Shown: positions 9,928-21,465 of the stretch, in pieces
Layout: each line of letters begins with the position of its first letter
How positions within the stretch are numbered: position 1 is the stretch's first letter
Source: an uncultured Planctomycetota bacterium
GTDB lineage: Bacteria > Planctomycetota > PLA2 > JAEUHO01
Assembly: GCA_963752285.1 (NCBI GenBank)
Contig: CAVVXN010000005.1
Location: 256,001-320,000, forward strand
Direction of reading: 5' to 3'
DNA: 64,000 nucleotides
Notes under the pieces: model-generated
Seen by the model: the letters and a program-made list of their open reading frames with translations, nothing else
The model's database searches: none
What the model was told of the DNA's origin: nothing
Translations under genes and position numbers: made by a program

Positions 9928-11578
9928 CGGCGGGAAGCGCGCTCGCCGTCCCGTCGGCGGCCGCGCGGTGGGCCGTCCTCGCGCTCCTTCTCGCCACGGT
10001 CCTGACCGCCTTCGTCCCGCGCGACCTCTGGACCCCGGACGAGCAGCGCTACGGCGAGGTCCCGCGCGAGATGCTCCGCTCGGGCGACCTCGTCGTGCCG
10101 CACCTGAACGCCAGGCCCTACGCCGAGAAGCCCCCGGTGTTCTTCTGGGCCGTGGCGATCCTCTCGCTCCCCTCGGGCGACGTCACGTCGTTCACCGCGC
10201 GGCTCGCGGGCTGTCTCTTCGCCGCGGGCGCGTTCCTGCTCGTCCACCGGCTCGGTCGTCGCCTCGCCGACGACGACCGCGCCGGCGCGATCGCCGCGTT
10301 CGCCTTCGGGACCTCGCTCCTCCTCCTCTTCAACGCGACCCGCGCGACGATGGACCTCGCGCTGACCTTCTTCGTCCTCCTCTCGATCGAGCGCGGCTTC
10401 GCCTGGCTCGACCGCGGCGGCGCCGGCCGCGCGCTCGTCTCCGGCGTCGCCGCTGCGGCGGCGGTCCTCGCGAAGGGGCCGCTCGGCGTCCTCCTCCCCG
10501 CGTTCGCGATCGGGGCCCGCGCGCTCCTCGGCCCGCGTCCCCCCCCGCGGTCGGCGGGCTGGTGGATCGCGCCGCTCGCCCTCTCGGGCGGCGTGGCCCT
10601 CTGGCTCGTGCCCGCCGCCGTACTCGGGGGCGAGGCCTACCGCGACCGCCTCTTCGGACAGATCCTCTCCCGAACGAGCGGCGCCGAGGCGCACCACGTC
10701 CAGGGCGTCCTCTACTACTTCCCCCTCCTCGCGGCCACCGGGCTCCCCTGGACGCTCCACGGTCTCGCGGGCGCCGCGCGCGCGTTCGGCCCACGGCGCG
10801 CGGGGGCGCCGGGCCCGGGGCTTTGCGCGCTCGCGATCGCCGGTGTGCTCGGCCTGGTCGTCCTCTCCCTCGCGGCGACGAAGCGCGAGGTCTACCCGAT
10901 CCCCGTCCTCGCGCTGCTCGCCCTGCCGGCGGGCGCGGCCGTGGTCGAGGCGCGTCCGGGTCGGCTCGTCCGCGCGGGGAAGCACCTCCTCCTCGCCGCC
11001 GCGCCGGTCGGCGCGCTCCTCTGCCTCGCGCTGCCGTTCCTCGGGACGAAGCTCTTCGTGAAGGGCGAGCCGTGGCCCGACACGCTCTTCGACGGCGCGC
11101 GATTCCTCCACCTCCTGCCCGCGTTCCTCGTATTCGTGCTCGGGAGCGTGTGGGCGTTTCGCCGCCGCGGGGACGGGACCCGGGTCGCGCTCCAGGCGGG
11201 CGTCGTCCTCGCGGTGGGGGCGCTGCTCGTGAAGGCGGCGATCTACCCCGAGATCGACGCGTTGAAGTCGTTCGGGAACGTCGCACGCGCGGCCCTCGAG
11301 GCGTCGGACGGCCGCGAGGTGGTGGTCGCGGGGCCGATCGAGGACGACTGGCTCTGGAACCTCGACCGGCCGCGCGTCTCGGCGATGGCGGACCTCGCGG
11401 CGCTCGTCGGTCGGCTCGGGCGGGGGGGACGGCCGGCGCGGCGATCGTCGAGTCGAAGTGGTGGGACGCGGCGCGGGAGCGCGCGGCGCCGGACGTCCGC
11501 GAGGCGGCGGAACGCCTCCACGAGACCGCGCGCGTCCGCGCCGAGCACCGGACCTATCTGATCCTCCGCTCCGACTAG
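9924..11578 (+). CDS. ArnT/PMT-like (GT39/GT83) membrane glycosyltransferase, apparent frameshift near 11425
   Basis: DEQRYGEVPREM, YAEKPPVFFW, LAKGPLG, multiple TM segments; a plausible C-terminus (AIVESKWW...TYLILRSD) lies in another frame after a G-run at ~11422-11428. Confidence 0.85.
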
Positions 11579-11603
11579 AAGCCTCCGGATTCGAGTGACG
11601 CGG

Positions 11604-13637
11604 TCAGTCGGTGTGGAAGGTCCACGTGAACCGGCGGGTGCGGCCGCCCTCGTCCGTCGCCGTCCACTCCGCCCAGTACTGCTGCTTCGGCTCGAGCGGC
11701 TGGTCGGGGAGGAAGAACGCCGTTCCGTCGTTGTCGGCGTGCGTCGCGGCGATCGGGTGTTCCGGCGCGTAGGCGTGGCCCGGGAGCGCCGTCTCGCCGT
11801 CGCCGAAGAAGAGGCGGACCTTCGCATCGTGGAGCCCGAGCGGCCAGAGCGTGACCGAGATCGGGTAGCCGCGGGGCGCCTCGTAGACGTCGGGCGCGTC
11901 GTCGGGGTGCGGGGCCTCGCCCGACGCGCGGAGCGGGACGTTTCGCTGACCGGGCGCGGGCACGCACACGGGTGCGCCGCGCGCCGACGCGTCGCCGCTC
12001 CCGGTCCAGACGACGCACCAGGAGCCGTTTCGGCGCGCGACGCCAAGGCCCGCGCCGCCCTCCTCCGCCGCGAGCCAGTGGGTGCGGTGGAGCATCGTGC
12101 GCTCGATCTGGCGCACCACCGACGCGGCGTCCCCCTGGCCCACGCACGAGCTCGAGGCCGCCCGGAGCCCAGCTTCCGTGTAACCCGGGCGCCCGGCGTC
12201 CTCGGTGTGCGCCGCGCCCTCGCCGGCGTCGCTCCGCGGCGACGCGTTCCGCGCGAGGTAGGCGGCGTGGAGCGCGGCGCCGCGCGCCTTCTCGCCGTCG
12301 AAGGCGAGCGGGGCGAGGCCGATTCCGTTCCGGAATGCGTTGAGCGCCGCGAGTCCCTGGAGCGGGTCGGCCGGCGCCCCCCTCGGGGCGGGCTCCGGCG
12401 TCGTGGTGATCCGCCACCCCTCGGCCGCCCGCTCCAGCGCGAACGAGAGCGCGTCGCGCGCGTCGGGCAGCCGGCGTCCGGCGCCCACGGGCCGGAACGC
12501 GCCGCCGGCCCACGCCAGCCGGTCGGCCGAACCGTCGAACCGACCGTCGAGATCGACGTCCCAGAACAGGATCTCCCTCTTCACCGCCGTACCGCGCAGG
12601 AGCGAGGCGGAGCACGCGTACCAGCGGCCGCGCTTGGCGTAGAGGAGCACCGGGCGCGTGCCCCTCGGCCCCACGTGGACGACCGCCGTCTCGCCGGGGT
12701 GGAGTCGCGTCTCGAACGCGCCGTCGCCCTCCGCGTCCACCACGAGGTCGCCCTCGACGACGCGCGCCGCGCGCGGCGACGCCGGCCACGTCGAGGGGTC
12801 GATCGGCGGGATCTCGCGTTCGGCCTCCGCGGGCACGCGCTCCCAGTCGAGGTCCTCGGCCGGCGCGAGCGCGACGCCCGTCGCGACGCCGGGGGCCGAG
12901 GCGCCCTCGAGACGCTCGAGCCACGCGTCCACCACCCGCGCGGTCGATCCGGAGAGCCGTTCGCGCGCGGCGCGGAGCCGCTCGGCCGCCCGTGCGGTCC
13001 CGACGCCCTCGAAGAGTCGGGTCGCGGCGGACTCCCCGGCGCGGCTGTCGAGCGTGCGCGCCTCCTGCGCCAGGATCGCCAGCATGTCCGCGCCAAAGGT
13101 GACGAGGGCGCGCTCCGCGCCGTCCCGCTCGCGCGGGCTGTTCGCGACGAGGTGCGCCACGACGTCGCGGGCCCAGCGCGTCTCCTCGGGATCCGGCGCT
13201 CCAGTCGGCGACGTTCCGCGCGCCGGCGGGGTCGCGCCGAGGAGCGCCGCCTCGATCTCGTCGAGCCGTTTCGCGGTCACGCCGCGCGCGCCCTCCCGCA
13301 GGCGGCGGATCCGCCCGCCGACCTCGTCCCGGCCCCACGCGAAGAGCACGCGGTCGCGCGCGTCCCGCCGCGGCGCGTCGGTCCACGCGGCGGTCTCGTC
13401 GATCACGAGGGCGAGCGCGTCGGGACCGAACGCGACGAGCGCCGCCTCCGCGCCCGCCGCGACGCGCGGGCTCTCCGCGTCGAGGGCGTCGAGGCACGCC
13501 TCGACCCACCTGCGTTCCTCGCGACTCGGCTCCCGCGCGAGCGCCCGCGACGCGCCCACGAGTGCCAGGATCGCGAGGAACGCCGCTGCGCTCCCGCTTC
13601 GCGCGGCACGTCCCCGCGGCGTCCCGGGGATCCCCAC
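11604..13637 (-). CDS. Secreted protein with HEAT-like N-terminus and probable C-terminal CAP/SCP domain
   Basis: Signal-like segment; repeated ALV(A/T)FG motif; LNAFRNGIGLAPL...AALHAAYL...AHTED...HRTHWL pattern typical of CAP domains. Confidence 0.65.
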   Translation of the reverse strand: MGIPGTPRGRAARSGSAAAFLAILALVGASRALAREPSREERRWVEACLDALDAESPRVAAGAEAALVAFGPDALALVIDETAAWTDAPRRDARDRVLFAWGRDEVGGRIRRLREGARGVTAKRLDEIEAALLGATPPARGTSPTGAPDPEETRWARDVVAHLVANSPRERDGAERALVTFGADMLAILAQEARTLDSRAGESAATRLFEGVGTARAAERLRAARERLSGSTARVVDAWLERLEGASAPGVATGVALAPAEDLDWERVPAEAEREIPPIDPSTWPASPRAARVVEGDLVVDAEGDGAFETRLHPGETAVVHVGPRGTRPVLLYAKRGRWYACSASLLRGTAVKREILFWDVDLDGRFDGSADRLAWAGGAFRPVGAGRRLPDARDALSFALERAAEGWRITTTPEPAPRGAPADPLQGLAALNAFRNGIGLAPLAFDGEKARGAALHAAYLARNASPRSDAGEGAAHTEDAGRPGYTEAGLRAASSSCVGQGDAASVVRQIERTMLHRTHWLAAEEGGAGLGVARRNGSWCVVWTGSGDASARGAPVCVPAPGQRNVPLRASGEAPHPDDAPDVYEAPRGYPISVTLWPLGLHDAKVRLFFGDGETALPGHAYAPEHPIAATHADNDGTAFFLPDQPLEPKQQYWAEWTATDEGGRTRRFTWTFHTD

Positions 13638-14474
13638 CTATCCTCCCCGGAGGCTCGTGATCGCGTCCTGGCACGCGGTCTTCACCTGCAACGCGGTCTC
13701 GTCCTCGATCGCCTTCTCGAGGAGGGGGATCGTGTCCGCCCGCTTCGAGTGCTTCATGCCGGTCGCCGCGGCGGCGCGCGCCCGTCCGTTCTTGTCGTTT
13801 CGGAGAGCGTCGTCGAGTCGGGCGATCGCCTCGTCCGTCGCGAGATACCCGAGCGCCTCCAGCGTGTACGAACGGATCGTGTCCTTCCTGTGGTCCGCGT
13901 ACTGGAAGAGGACGTCCACCACGCGCGGGTCGGTCGGCGCCGACTGGGCGAGCGCGAGCGCACACGCGCCCACGACCTCGATCTTCGTCCGTGCGTTCGT
14001 CATGACGTCGAGCAACGGGGCGGTCGCGCGGTCGTCCTTGGTCTTCGCCAGGGCCTGGGCCGCGGATTGCGCGACGAGGAAGTTCTTCGATCGGAGTGCG
14101 TCCTTGCCGCAGAGGAACTCGATGCTCTTCTTGCCCCCGATCTTCGAGAGCGCCTGGAAGGCCTTCGACACGTACTCCTGGTTCTTGTTGCCCGTCGCGA
14201 ACTCCATCAGCGCGTCGCGCGACGCGCGCGAGGCCTCGGCGCCGAGGTCCTCGAGCATGCCGGTCACGACCTCCTGGTTCTTCTCGGCCTCCAGGCGCGC
14301 CAGGATCTCCTTCACCCTCTTGTCGTGCGCCTTCTTCTCCTCGCCCTTGAGCTCCGGCTCCTCGTCGCTCGCCGCGGCCTGGTCGTCCGCGCGGGCGCGC
14401 GGCGGCGCCAGGGCGCCGAAGAGCGTCCCGGCGAGGATCCCGATCCCGATCCACCCGACGACGCGCATGCGCAT
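13638..14474 (-). CDS. Secreted HEAT-repeat protein
   Basis: Signal peptide ending ARA-D; repeated helical units (AAQALAK, ACALALAQ, TLEALGYL). Confidence 0.8.
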   Translation of the reverse strand: MRMRVVGWIGIGILAGTLFGALAPPRARADDQAAASDEEPELKGEEKKAHDKRVKEILARLEAEKNQEVVTGMLEDLGAEASRASRDALMEFATGNKNQEYVSKAFQALSKIGGKKSIEFLCGKDALRSKNFLVAQSAAQALAKTKDDRATAPLLDVMTNARTKIEVVGACALALAQSAPTDPRVVDVLFQYADHRKDTIRSYTLEALGYLATDEAIARLDDALRNDKNGRARAAAATGMKHSKRADTIPLLEKAIEDETALQVKTACQDAITSLRGG

Positions 14475-14675
14475 GACTGGATCCCCCGTCCGTACCGATC
14501 GATCGCTCGCAGCATAGCACCGCGCGGTCCGCGGTCGGATCGGCGGGGTGGACCGCGCGGGTCCCTGCCGGAGGGGCCCACCGCCCCGCGCGAACCGGCG
14601 CGGCGTGCGGACCGTTCACGAAGGTGGTCGGTGCGTGCGGAAGCGAACGAGGACGCGACGGCGGAGGCGGATCCA

Positions 14676-16534
14676 TGCGACGGGACGACGGACGGAGGAT
14701 GCGCGGTCGGGCCGGACGCTTCGCCGCGGTGGCGCTCGTGCTCGTCGTGGCCGGAGGGTTCGTCGCGCGGCACCTCCGCGACGCCCCGCCGTCGTCGGGT
14801 GCGACGCGCGCGTGCAGCCTCGCGACGAGGCCCCCGGCCGCGGACGAGGCGCCCGAGACGACGAAGGAGATCGGGCCGGAGGATGTCGTCCCTCCGCAGC
14901 CCGTGGTTCGCGACGCGGCCCCGGCCGACCCCGTCGAGACCGACAACGACCTGCCGGCCGAGGAGTCCGTCGGCGAGGACGGCATCTCCGACGCGCCGTT
15001 CACCGGTCCCGCGCAGAACGGGGCGATCGGGTTCGGCGGGGCACCGGGCGGCCGGTGGCGCCGGGGCGGGGTCGAGGATGCGGTCCACCGAGCGCGTCCT
15101 CCGTTCACGACGGAGGGCTACGACCGGCTGCCCGAGAACCCGTTCGTCCGCACGGCCGACCAGGACGTCTCGACCTTCGCGATCGACGTGGACACGGCCT
15201 CGTACGCGAACGTGCGCCGGTTCCTGCGCGACGAGGGCCGGCTGCCGCCGAAGGACGCGGTGCGGATCGAGGAGCTCGTGAACTACTTCTCCTACGCGTA
15301 CGAGCCGCCGCCGCCGGGCAGCGAGCACCCCTTCCTTTGGCACGCGACGATGGTCGGGTGTCCCTGGGCGCCGGCGCACCGGCTGCTCCGCGTCGCGTTG
15401 AAGGGGCGGGTGCTCGACGCGGCGACACGACCCGCGGCGAACCTCGTCTTCCTGATCGACGTGTCGGGCTCCATGAACGCGCCGAACAAGCTGCCCCTCG
15501 TGCAGAGCGCCCTCGGGCTCCTCGTGCCGCTGCTCGACGCCCGGGACCGAGTCTCGATCGTCGTGTACGCCGGCGCGGCGGGCCAGGTCCTGGCGCCGAC
15601 CTCCGGCGCCGAGCACGAAGCGATCCGCGAGGCGGTCGATCGGCTGCGCGCCGGCGGATCGACGAACGGCGGCCAGGGGATCGAGCTCGCGTACCGGTGC
15701 GCCGTCGAGAACCGGATCGAGGGCGGGGTCAACCGGGTGATCCTGTGCACGGACGGCGACTTCAACGTCGGCGTGAGCGACCACGGCGCCCTGACCCGGA
15801 TGATCGAGGCGAAGGCGAAGCAGGGCGTGTTCCTGACCGTGCTCGGGTTCGGGACGGGCAACCTGAAGGACGACCTCCTCGAGCAGCTCTCGGACCGCGG
15901 CGACGGGAACTACGCGTACGTGGACGACCTCGCCGAGGCGCGGAAGGTGTTCGTGGAGCAGGGGCTCTCGACGCTGGTGACGATCGCGAAGGACGTGAAG
16001 ATCCAGGTGTTCTTCAACCCGGCGAAGGTCGCGGGCTGGCGCCTCCTGGGCTACGAGGACCGGCGCCTCGCGAAGCAAGACTTCAACGACGACACGAAGG
16101 ACGCGGGCGAGGTCGGCGCGGGCCACGCGGTGACCGCGCTCTACGAGATCGTCCCGGCGGGCCAGGGCGTGCCGGGCCCCGTCCCCGCCGACCCGAACCC
16201 GTTCGTGGCGGCCGGCGGCGCGCCGTCGCTCGGGGCGAACGCGTGGCTCCGCGTCCGCGCGCGGTACCAGCCCCCCTCCGGCGGCGCGAGCACCCTCCTC
16301 GAGCAGGACGTCCCGGACGGCGCGCTGCCGTTCGAGGCCGGCGACCTCGACCTCCAGTGGGCCTCGGCCGTCGCGGGCTTCGCCATGATGCTCCGCGACG
16401 ACCCCGAGAAGGAGCAGTGCTCCTGGGCCCTCGTCGAGGAGATCGCCCGCGCGGCGCGAGGCGACGACCCGCACGGCTACCGCGCGGAGATGCTCCGCCT
16501 GGTCGAGCTGGCCCGGAGCCTTGCGCAGCCTTGA
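14676..16534 (+). CDS. VWA-domain protein (YfbK / DUF3520 family)
   Basis: STFAIDVDTASY, VRIEELVNYF, MIDAS FLIDVSGSM, NRVILCTDGDFNVG, TIAKDVKIQVFFNP, DAGEVGAGH; start uncertain. Confidence 0.92.
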
Positions 16535-16579
16535 CCGGGAGGGCGCGAACGGCCCGTACCTCCCGCGTGCGCCGCTACG

Positions 16580-18967
16580 ATGAGCGCCATGCGCGCGCGA
16601 GGGAGTGCCGTCGAGGCGAGTCATCGTGCCCCCGCGGTCCGAACCGTTCCCCGGCGCGGCGCGCGCGCGAACGCCCGCGAGACGGTGGCCCGGGCCGTGG
16701 CGGTCGCGTCGCTCTTCCTGTTCGGCCTGCTCGGCGGCGCTTCGGCGAACGCGGCGGACGACGCGGACGCGAGCCTGCTGCTGCGCCTCTCCACGCCGGG
16801 GCGTGAGGGCCGCGCCGCGGCGCTCGCCGACTGGAGCGCGCGGTCCGAGTACGCGCGGGTCTCGCTCCTGCGGCGCTTCCTCCAGGCCGACGCCCCGGAC
16901 CTGGCGCGCCTCGCCGCGGCCGAGATCGGCGCCGACTACCTCTCGCTCGACGAGATGCACCGGTGCACGGCGCTGCTCGGAGGGCGTGTCGAGGCGGCGC
17001 TCTTCCCCCCGTTCCTCCGCTGGGGCGTCGGCGGGGCATCCACGGTGGGGTCCCCGGACGTCGTGCCGCTCTTCCGCGCGCTCGCGGAACGAACGAAGTC
17101 GCCCGCGAAGACGGTGCTGGACGGTCTTTCCCGGACCGCGGTCCCGGACGAGATTCCCGACCTCGTCCCGCTCCTGGACCGGGGCGACGACGAGTACGTC
17201 CGGAGCCTGCTTTCGACCATCTCGTCCCTCGCCGTCGCGGACCGTCGGGACCGCTACCGCGGCTGGGTGGCACGGGCGCTCGACTACGGCCTTCGCGTCC
17301 GAGCCGGAGCGCCTCGCCCCGCGCTGGAGCCGGGCCCCCTTCCCCTCTCCGACGGGCCCGGCCTCCCAGCGGCCTTCCGGGCGATCGCCTCCGCGCTGTG
17401 GGGGTTCGGGGAGGGTGCCGACACGCGCGAAGGATCGGTCCTGGACCTCGCGGCCGTCCCGGCCCTCCAGGGCTGGCTTCGCCGGTGGGCCCACGGGCTC
17501 GAGCCGGTGGACGCCGACGGTTTCTTCGTCACGGACCTCGTGCGGGCCGACGGCGTCGATGTCGGGATGCGGTTCTGGGCGATGAAGCACCTCCTCAGGC
17601 TTTCCCCCGACTGGGGGGGACGGGTCGTGGGCGACCTCGCCGCCGGGACGGACGACGCCGCGGCCGCGGCCTCGGCGGCCCTGGCCCTCGCCGGGCGGCC
17701 CGACGCGTGGACGCGGATGCTCGCGCTCGACGAACCCCCCGGACCCGTGGCGATCCTCGCGTGGGCCGTCGATCCCGAGTCGGCACGGCGGCGCTGGCTC
17801 GAGGCCCTCGTGAAGACGGACGCGCTACGGGGCTCGTACGTGTTCGATCTGTCCCCCCTGGCGCGACAGCAGATGGCGAGCGCGTTCTCCGTCCGGATCC
17901 GCGACGAGGACCTCCGATGGATCGCCGACCGCCTCCGCGAAGGCGCCGCGCCACCGGGCGACACCGCCTTCTTCTTCGCACGCGTGCTTCCTCGAGCCCT
18001 GACGCCCGCCGAGGTGGGAGCGCTCGCCCATCGGCTCGAGGACCTGCCGAGCGTGGAGGGGAAGGACTTCTCCGCCGCGGACGTGCCGGAGGACGTGCTC
18101 GGTTGGCTGGAGGTCGGGAACCCCGACGCGTTGAAGCGACTCCTCGGCGCGTGGCTCCCGCTCGTCCCGAGAGACGACCGCGCGCGGGTCCTCGCGTGGC
18201 TCGCTCGGCTCGGCGACACCGCGCACGTCGATGAGATGGTCCGCACGTGGTCCGAAGGGAGCGACAGGGAGCTCCGACGGGACATCGGCCACGTCGCCGA
18301 TCCTCGCGTCGAGGCCATGCTCCTCCAACGCCTCGCGGGCGACGACCGGGACGAGGCCGAGCTCGCGTTCCTGGCGCTCGCGGTCGAGCGCGGGATCCCG
18401 GACGCCGTGTTCGAGGGGGGCTGTGACTTCCCCGAACCCGCGGACGACGCCTCGTGGGCCCGCGCGGTCGGGCTCATGTCCCGCGGGGACGCGGTGGGTG
18501 CGATCCTCGCCTGGCCGCCGGACGTCGGTCGGCTCGGTCTCGTGAAGGACCCCCGGGTCGTCGCGGCGTTGCGAAGCGTTCGATCCGAGCGGGGGAACGG
18601 CCTGTACTGGGAGGCCACGGCCGGTCTGGCCCTCCTCGGCGACGCCGAGGCCCGCTCCGAGATGCTCGGTCTCGTGCGCGAGGGGCACACGTGGCTCTTC
18701 GACCGATTCGACGATCCCCTGCTCCTCTCGCTCGACGGCGACCCGGAGGTGATCGCGGCCTGGGTGGCGCACGTGGAGTCGAACTGCTGCCTCGGCTGGC
18801 AGGCCCAGCAGGTGCTCCGCGCGCGGTTCCCGACCCTGCCGCTGGAGAGTGACGCCGGGGGGACGACGACCTCGGCCGAGGCGGCGGCGTGGCTCGCGGC
18901 GCACGAGGGCCGCCTTCGCCACAGCCGGATCCTCGGCGGTTGGATCCCCGGCCCGGGAGCCGACTGA
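16580..18967 (+). CDS. Large hypothetical secreted helical-repeat protein
   Basis: 795-aa ORF with signal-like hydrophobic stretch ending ANA-A; HEAT-like helices. Confidence 0.65.
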   Translation: MSAMRARGSAVEASHRAPAVRTVPRRGARANARETVARAVAVASLFLFGLLGGASANAADDADASLLLRLSTPGREGRAAALADWSARSEYARVSLLRRFLQADAPDLARLAAAEIGADYLSLDEMHRCTALLGGRVEAALFPPFLRWGVGGASTVGSPDVVPLFRALAERTKSPAKTVLDGLSRTAVPDEIPDLVPLLDRGDDEYVRSLLSTISSLAVADRRDRYRGWVARALDYGLRVRAGAPRPALEPGPLPLSDGPGLPAAFRAIASALWGFGEGADTREGSVLDLAAVPALQGWLRRWAHGLEPVDADGFFVTDLVRADGVDVGMRFWAMKHLLRLSPDWGGRVVGDLAAGTDDAAAAASAALALAGRPDAWTRMLALDEPPGPVAILAWAVDPESARRRWLEALVKTDALRGSYVFDLSPLARQQMASAFSVRIRDEDLRWIADRLREGAAPPGDTAFFFARVLPRALTPAEVGALAHRLEDLPSVEGKDFSAADVPEDVLGWLEVGNPDALKRLLGAWLPLVPRDDRARVLAWLARLGDTAHVDEMVRTWSEGSDRELRRDIGHVADPRVEAMLLQRLAGDDRDEAELAFLALAVERGIPDAVFEGGCDFPEPADDASWARAVGLMSRGDAVGAILAWPPDVGRLGLVKDPRVVAALRSVRSERGNGLYWEATAGLALLGDAEARSEMLGLVREGHTWLFDRFDDPLLLSLDGDPEVIAAWVAHVESNCCLGWQAQQVLRARFPTLPLESDAGGTTTSAEAAAWLAAHEGRLRHSRILGGWIPGPGAD

Positions 18968-18994
18968 CGTGGGCTTCGCGGAGGCGAGGAAACC

Positions 18995-19777
18995 GTGAGC
19001 GAGACTCCTTCGGATCCCTGGTCGCGCGTCGACTACCGCCGAATGATCCTCTGGGAGAAGCGGATCCGGCGGGAGGCGCCCATGCTCCGCCGCCTCCTCG
19101 AGAAGGCGCCCGAGAGGAGCGTCGTGGACCTCGGCGCGGGCACCGGAGAGCACGTCGCGTTCTTCGCGGGGGAGGGCGCGCGGGCGGTCGGTCTCGACCG
19201 CTCCGCGGAGATGGTCGCCAAGGCCCGCGACCACGAGGCCGCGGGCCACGGTCGATTCCTCGAGGGCGATCTGCTCGAGGCCGACCGGGTCCTCGCCGGC
19301 GACGCCCCCTTCGGGCTCGCGATCTGCCTCGGGAACGTCCTGCCGCACCTGGGCGACGACGACGCGATCGACCGCCTCGCCGCCGTGCTCCGCGCGATCC
19401 TCCTCCCGGGCGGCATCGCGTGGATCCAGATCCTGAGCTACGCGAAGCTCCGCGCCGAGGACACACGGGCGCTCCCCGTGAACGTCCGCGAGGAGGAGGA
19501 CGGAACACGCACCGTCTTCCTGCGGCTCATCGAGCCCGATGGCGACCGCTGGATGCGGTTCTACCCCACGGCGCTCACGCTCACGCCGGGCGCCGAGGAG
19601 CCGGTACGGGTGGTCCGGAGCCGCGAGGTGAGGCTTCGAACGTGGACGCGTGAGGACCTGGTCCGCCCGCTCGAGTCCCACGGGTTCGAGGTGGTCTCCT
19701 TCGGCGACGTCGAGGGTGGCCCGTATGATCCCCGCACCTCGTCGGACCTCGTCCTCGAGGCGCGGCGGACGACGTGA
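18995..19777 (+). CDS. Class I SAM-dependent methyltransferase
   Basis: VVDLGAGTGEH, GLDRSAEM, ICLGNVLPH, LLPGG. Confidence 0.9.
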   Translation: MSETPSDPWSRVDYRRMILWEKRIRREAPMLRRLLEKAPERSVVDLGAGTGEHVAFFAGEGARAVGLDRSAEMVAKARDHEAAGHGRFLEGDLLEADRVLAGDAPFGLAICLGNVLPHLGDDDAIDRLAAVLRAILLPGGIAWIQILSYAKLRAEDTRALPVNVREEEDGTRTVFLRLIEPDGDRWMRFYPTALTLTPGAEEPVRVVRSREVRLRTWTREDLVRPLESHGFEVVSFGDVEGGPYDPRTSSDLVLEARRTT

Positions 19778-21465
19778 CGGCACCCCCGATCCCCTCTCCC
19801 TCGAGCCTCGCGCGGGTCGGCCTGGGCCTCGGCGTGCTCGCGCTCGCCCTCTTCGCGTACCTTTACGATCTCGGTGGTCTCGAGATCCCGCGGACGGGCG
19901 ACGAGCCGCCGTACGTTCACGTCACGCGCCTCACGGCCGCGAACGGCCGACTCCTTCCGCTCCAGGGGGAGCAGGGCCTTCGGAACACGAAACCCCCGCT
20001 CCTCTTCTGGATCGGGGCGGTGGCGACGGCTTGGGGACGGCACTTCGATCTCTTCCACCTGCGCCTGCCGATCGTCCTCTTCTCTCTCGGGACCGCCTGG
20101 CTCGTGTTCGGCGTGGCGGCCCGCCTCGGCGGCGACCGGCGCTCCGGCGCGATCGCCGCCCTCGCCTTCCTCGCGTTCCTCTCGACGTTCCAGTACGGCC
20201 GCCCCTTTCTCGTGAACATGCCGGAGACGTTCTTCGTCTTCCTGCCGTTCGCGGGGGGTCTGACCGACCCCCGGCGCCTCGGCTCGCGCGGCTACTGGGT
20301 CGCCGCGGGGCTCTCGATCGGCGCCGCGTGCCTCGTGAAGTCGTTCGCGCTCGTGGCGCCCGTCGGCGTGGCGTTCGCGGTCTGGCTCTACGTGCGGGCG
20401 CGCCGCCGGAGGCGCCGGCCGACCCCCGCCGAGGTCGGGTGGGTGGCCGCGTCGCTCGCGATCGCGCTCTGCTGCTTTGCGCTCTGGCCCCTGCTCGACC
20501 CGGACCCGGGCGCCGTTCTCCACGACTTCGTGCTCGGCGAGAACGCCGCGAAGGTCGCCGGCGGGGGTTGGGTCCGAAGCCTCGTCTCGCCGACGCACGG
20601 GCTCTGGACGACGCTCCTCGGACCCTTCTTCAACGCCGGGATCCTCGCGTTGCCCCTGGCGTTCGTCTGGTTCGACGCGTGGCGGAGGCGCCGCGACCTC
20701 TCCGACGCCGAGGTCGGGCTCTGGTCGCTCGCGCTCGCGTTCGTGGTCGTGTTCTCGATCCCCGCGCACCGCCAGGCGAACTACCTGATCCCGGCGAGCC
20801 CCGCGTTCGCCGTCCTGCTCGGGCTCGCCTGGGAGCGGATCCCGCGGGGCCTCCTCCGCGTGACGGCCCTCGCGCCGGCCGGCGTCGCGCTGGTGGCCCT
20901 CGGCTTCCTCGTCCTGGTCGCGACGCGCGTGCTGTCGTTTTCGGCGTGGGCGCCCTGGCAGATCGCCGTCCCCGCGGCGACGCTCGCGTTTTCTGTCTTG
21001 CTCGTCGTCCGGGGCGACCTCGTGCGGCTCGGGCTCTTCCCCGCCTGCTTCGGCGCGCTGCTCTCGATCGCGTGCGCGGCCGCACCGTTCGACGGTGCCC
21101 CGGGCCGGTTCGACCCGGCGACGGTCGCGGCTGTCCGCGGGCGGCGCGTGTGGGTGCCGTCGAGCTTCCGCGCCCGCGAGGAACGCGCTCGCTTCCTCCT
21201 CCCCGGCGCCGACGTGCGCGCGTACCCCGCGAAGGACGCCGCGCGGCGCGACGCGCTCGTCGCCGGGCCCGACGTCGTCGCCGTGGACCTCGGTCCGGGC
21301 GAGGCGCCTCCGGCGGGGGCGAAGACGCTCGGCGCGCGGTGGGCGCTCCGCACGCGCCAGACCGGGTCGGAGATCGAGGATCTCCTGCTCCACGGCCGCG
21401 CGGACGTGCTCCTCCAGCGGGAGGTGCTCCTGGCGCCCACCTCCGTCGGAGACGGGCCCCGATGA
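19774..21465 (+). CDS. ArnT-like membrane glycosyltransferase
   Basis: GDEPPY, NTKPPLLFW, LVKSF, many TM helices; GTGA overlap with upstream gene. Confidence 0.8.
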   Translation: MTAPPIPSPSSLARVGLGLGVLALALFAYLYDLGGLEIPRTGDEPPYVHVTRLTAANGRLLPLQGEQGLRNTKPPLLFWIGAVATAWGRHFDLFHLRLPIVLFSLGTAWLVFGVAARLGGDRRSGAIAALAFLAFLSTFQYGRPFLVNMPETFFVFLPFAGGLTDPRRLGSRGYWVAAGLSIGAACLVKSFALVAPVGVAFAVWLYVRARRRRRRPTPAEVGWVAASLAIALCCFALWPLLDPDPGAVLHDFVLGENAAKVAGGGWVRSLVSPTHGLWTTLLGPFFNAGILALPLAFVWFDAWRRRRDLSDAEVGLWSLALAFVVVFSIPAHRQANYLIPASPAFAVLLGLAWERIPRGLLRVTALAPAGVALVALGFLVLVATRVLSFSAWAPWQIAVPAATLAFSVLLVVRGDLVRLGLFPACFGALLSIACAAAPFDGAPGRFDPATVAAVRGRRVWVPSSFRAREERARFLLPGADVRAYPAKDAARRDALVAGPDVVAVDLGPGEAPPAGAKTLGARWALRTRQTGSEIEDLLLHGRADVLLQREVLLAPTSVGDGPR

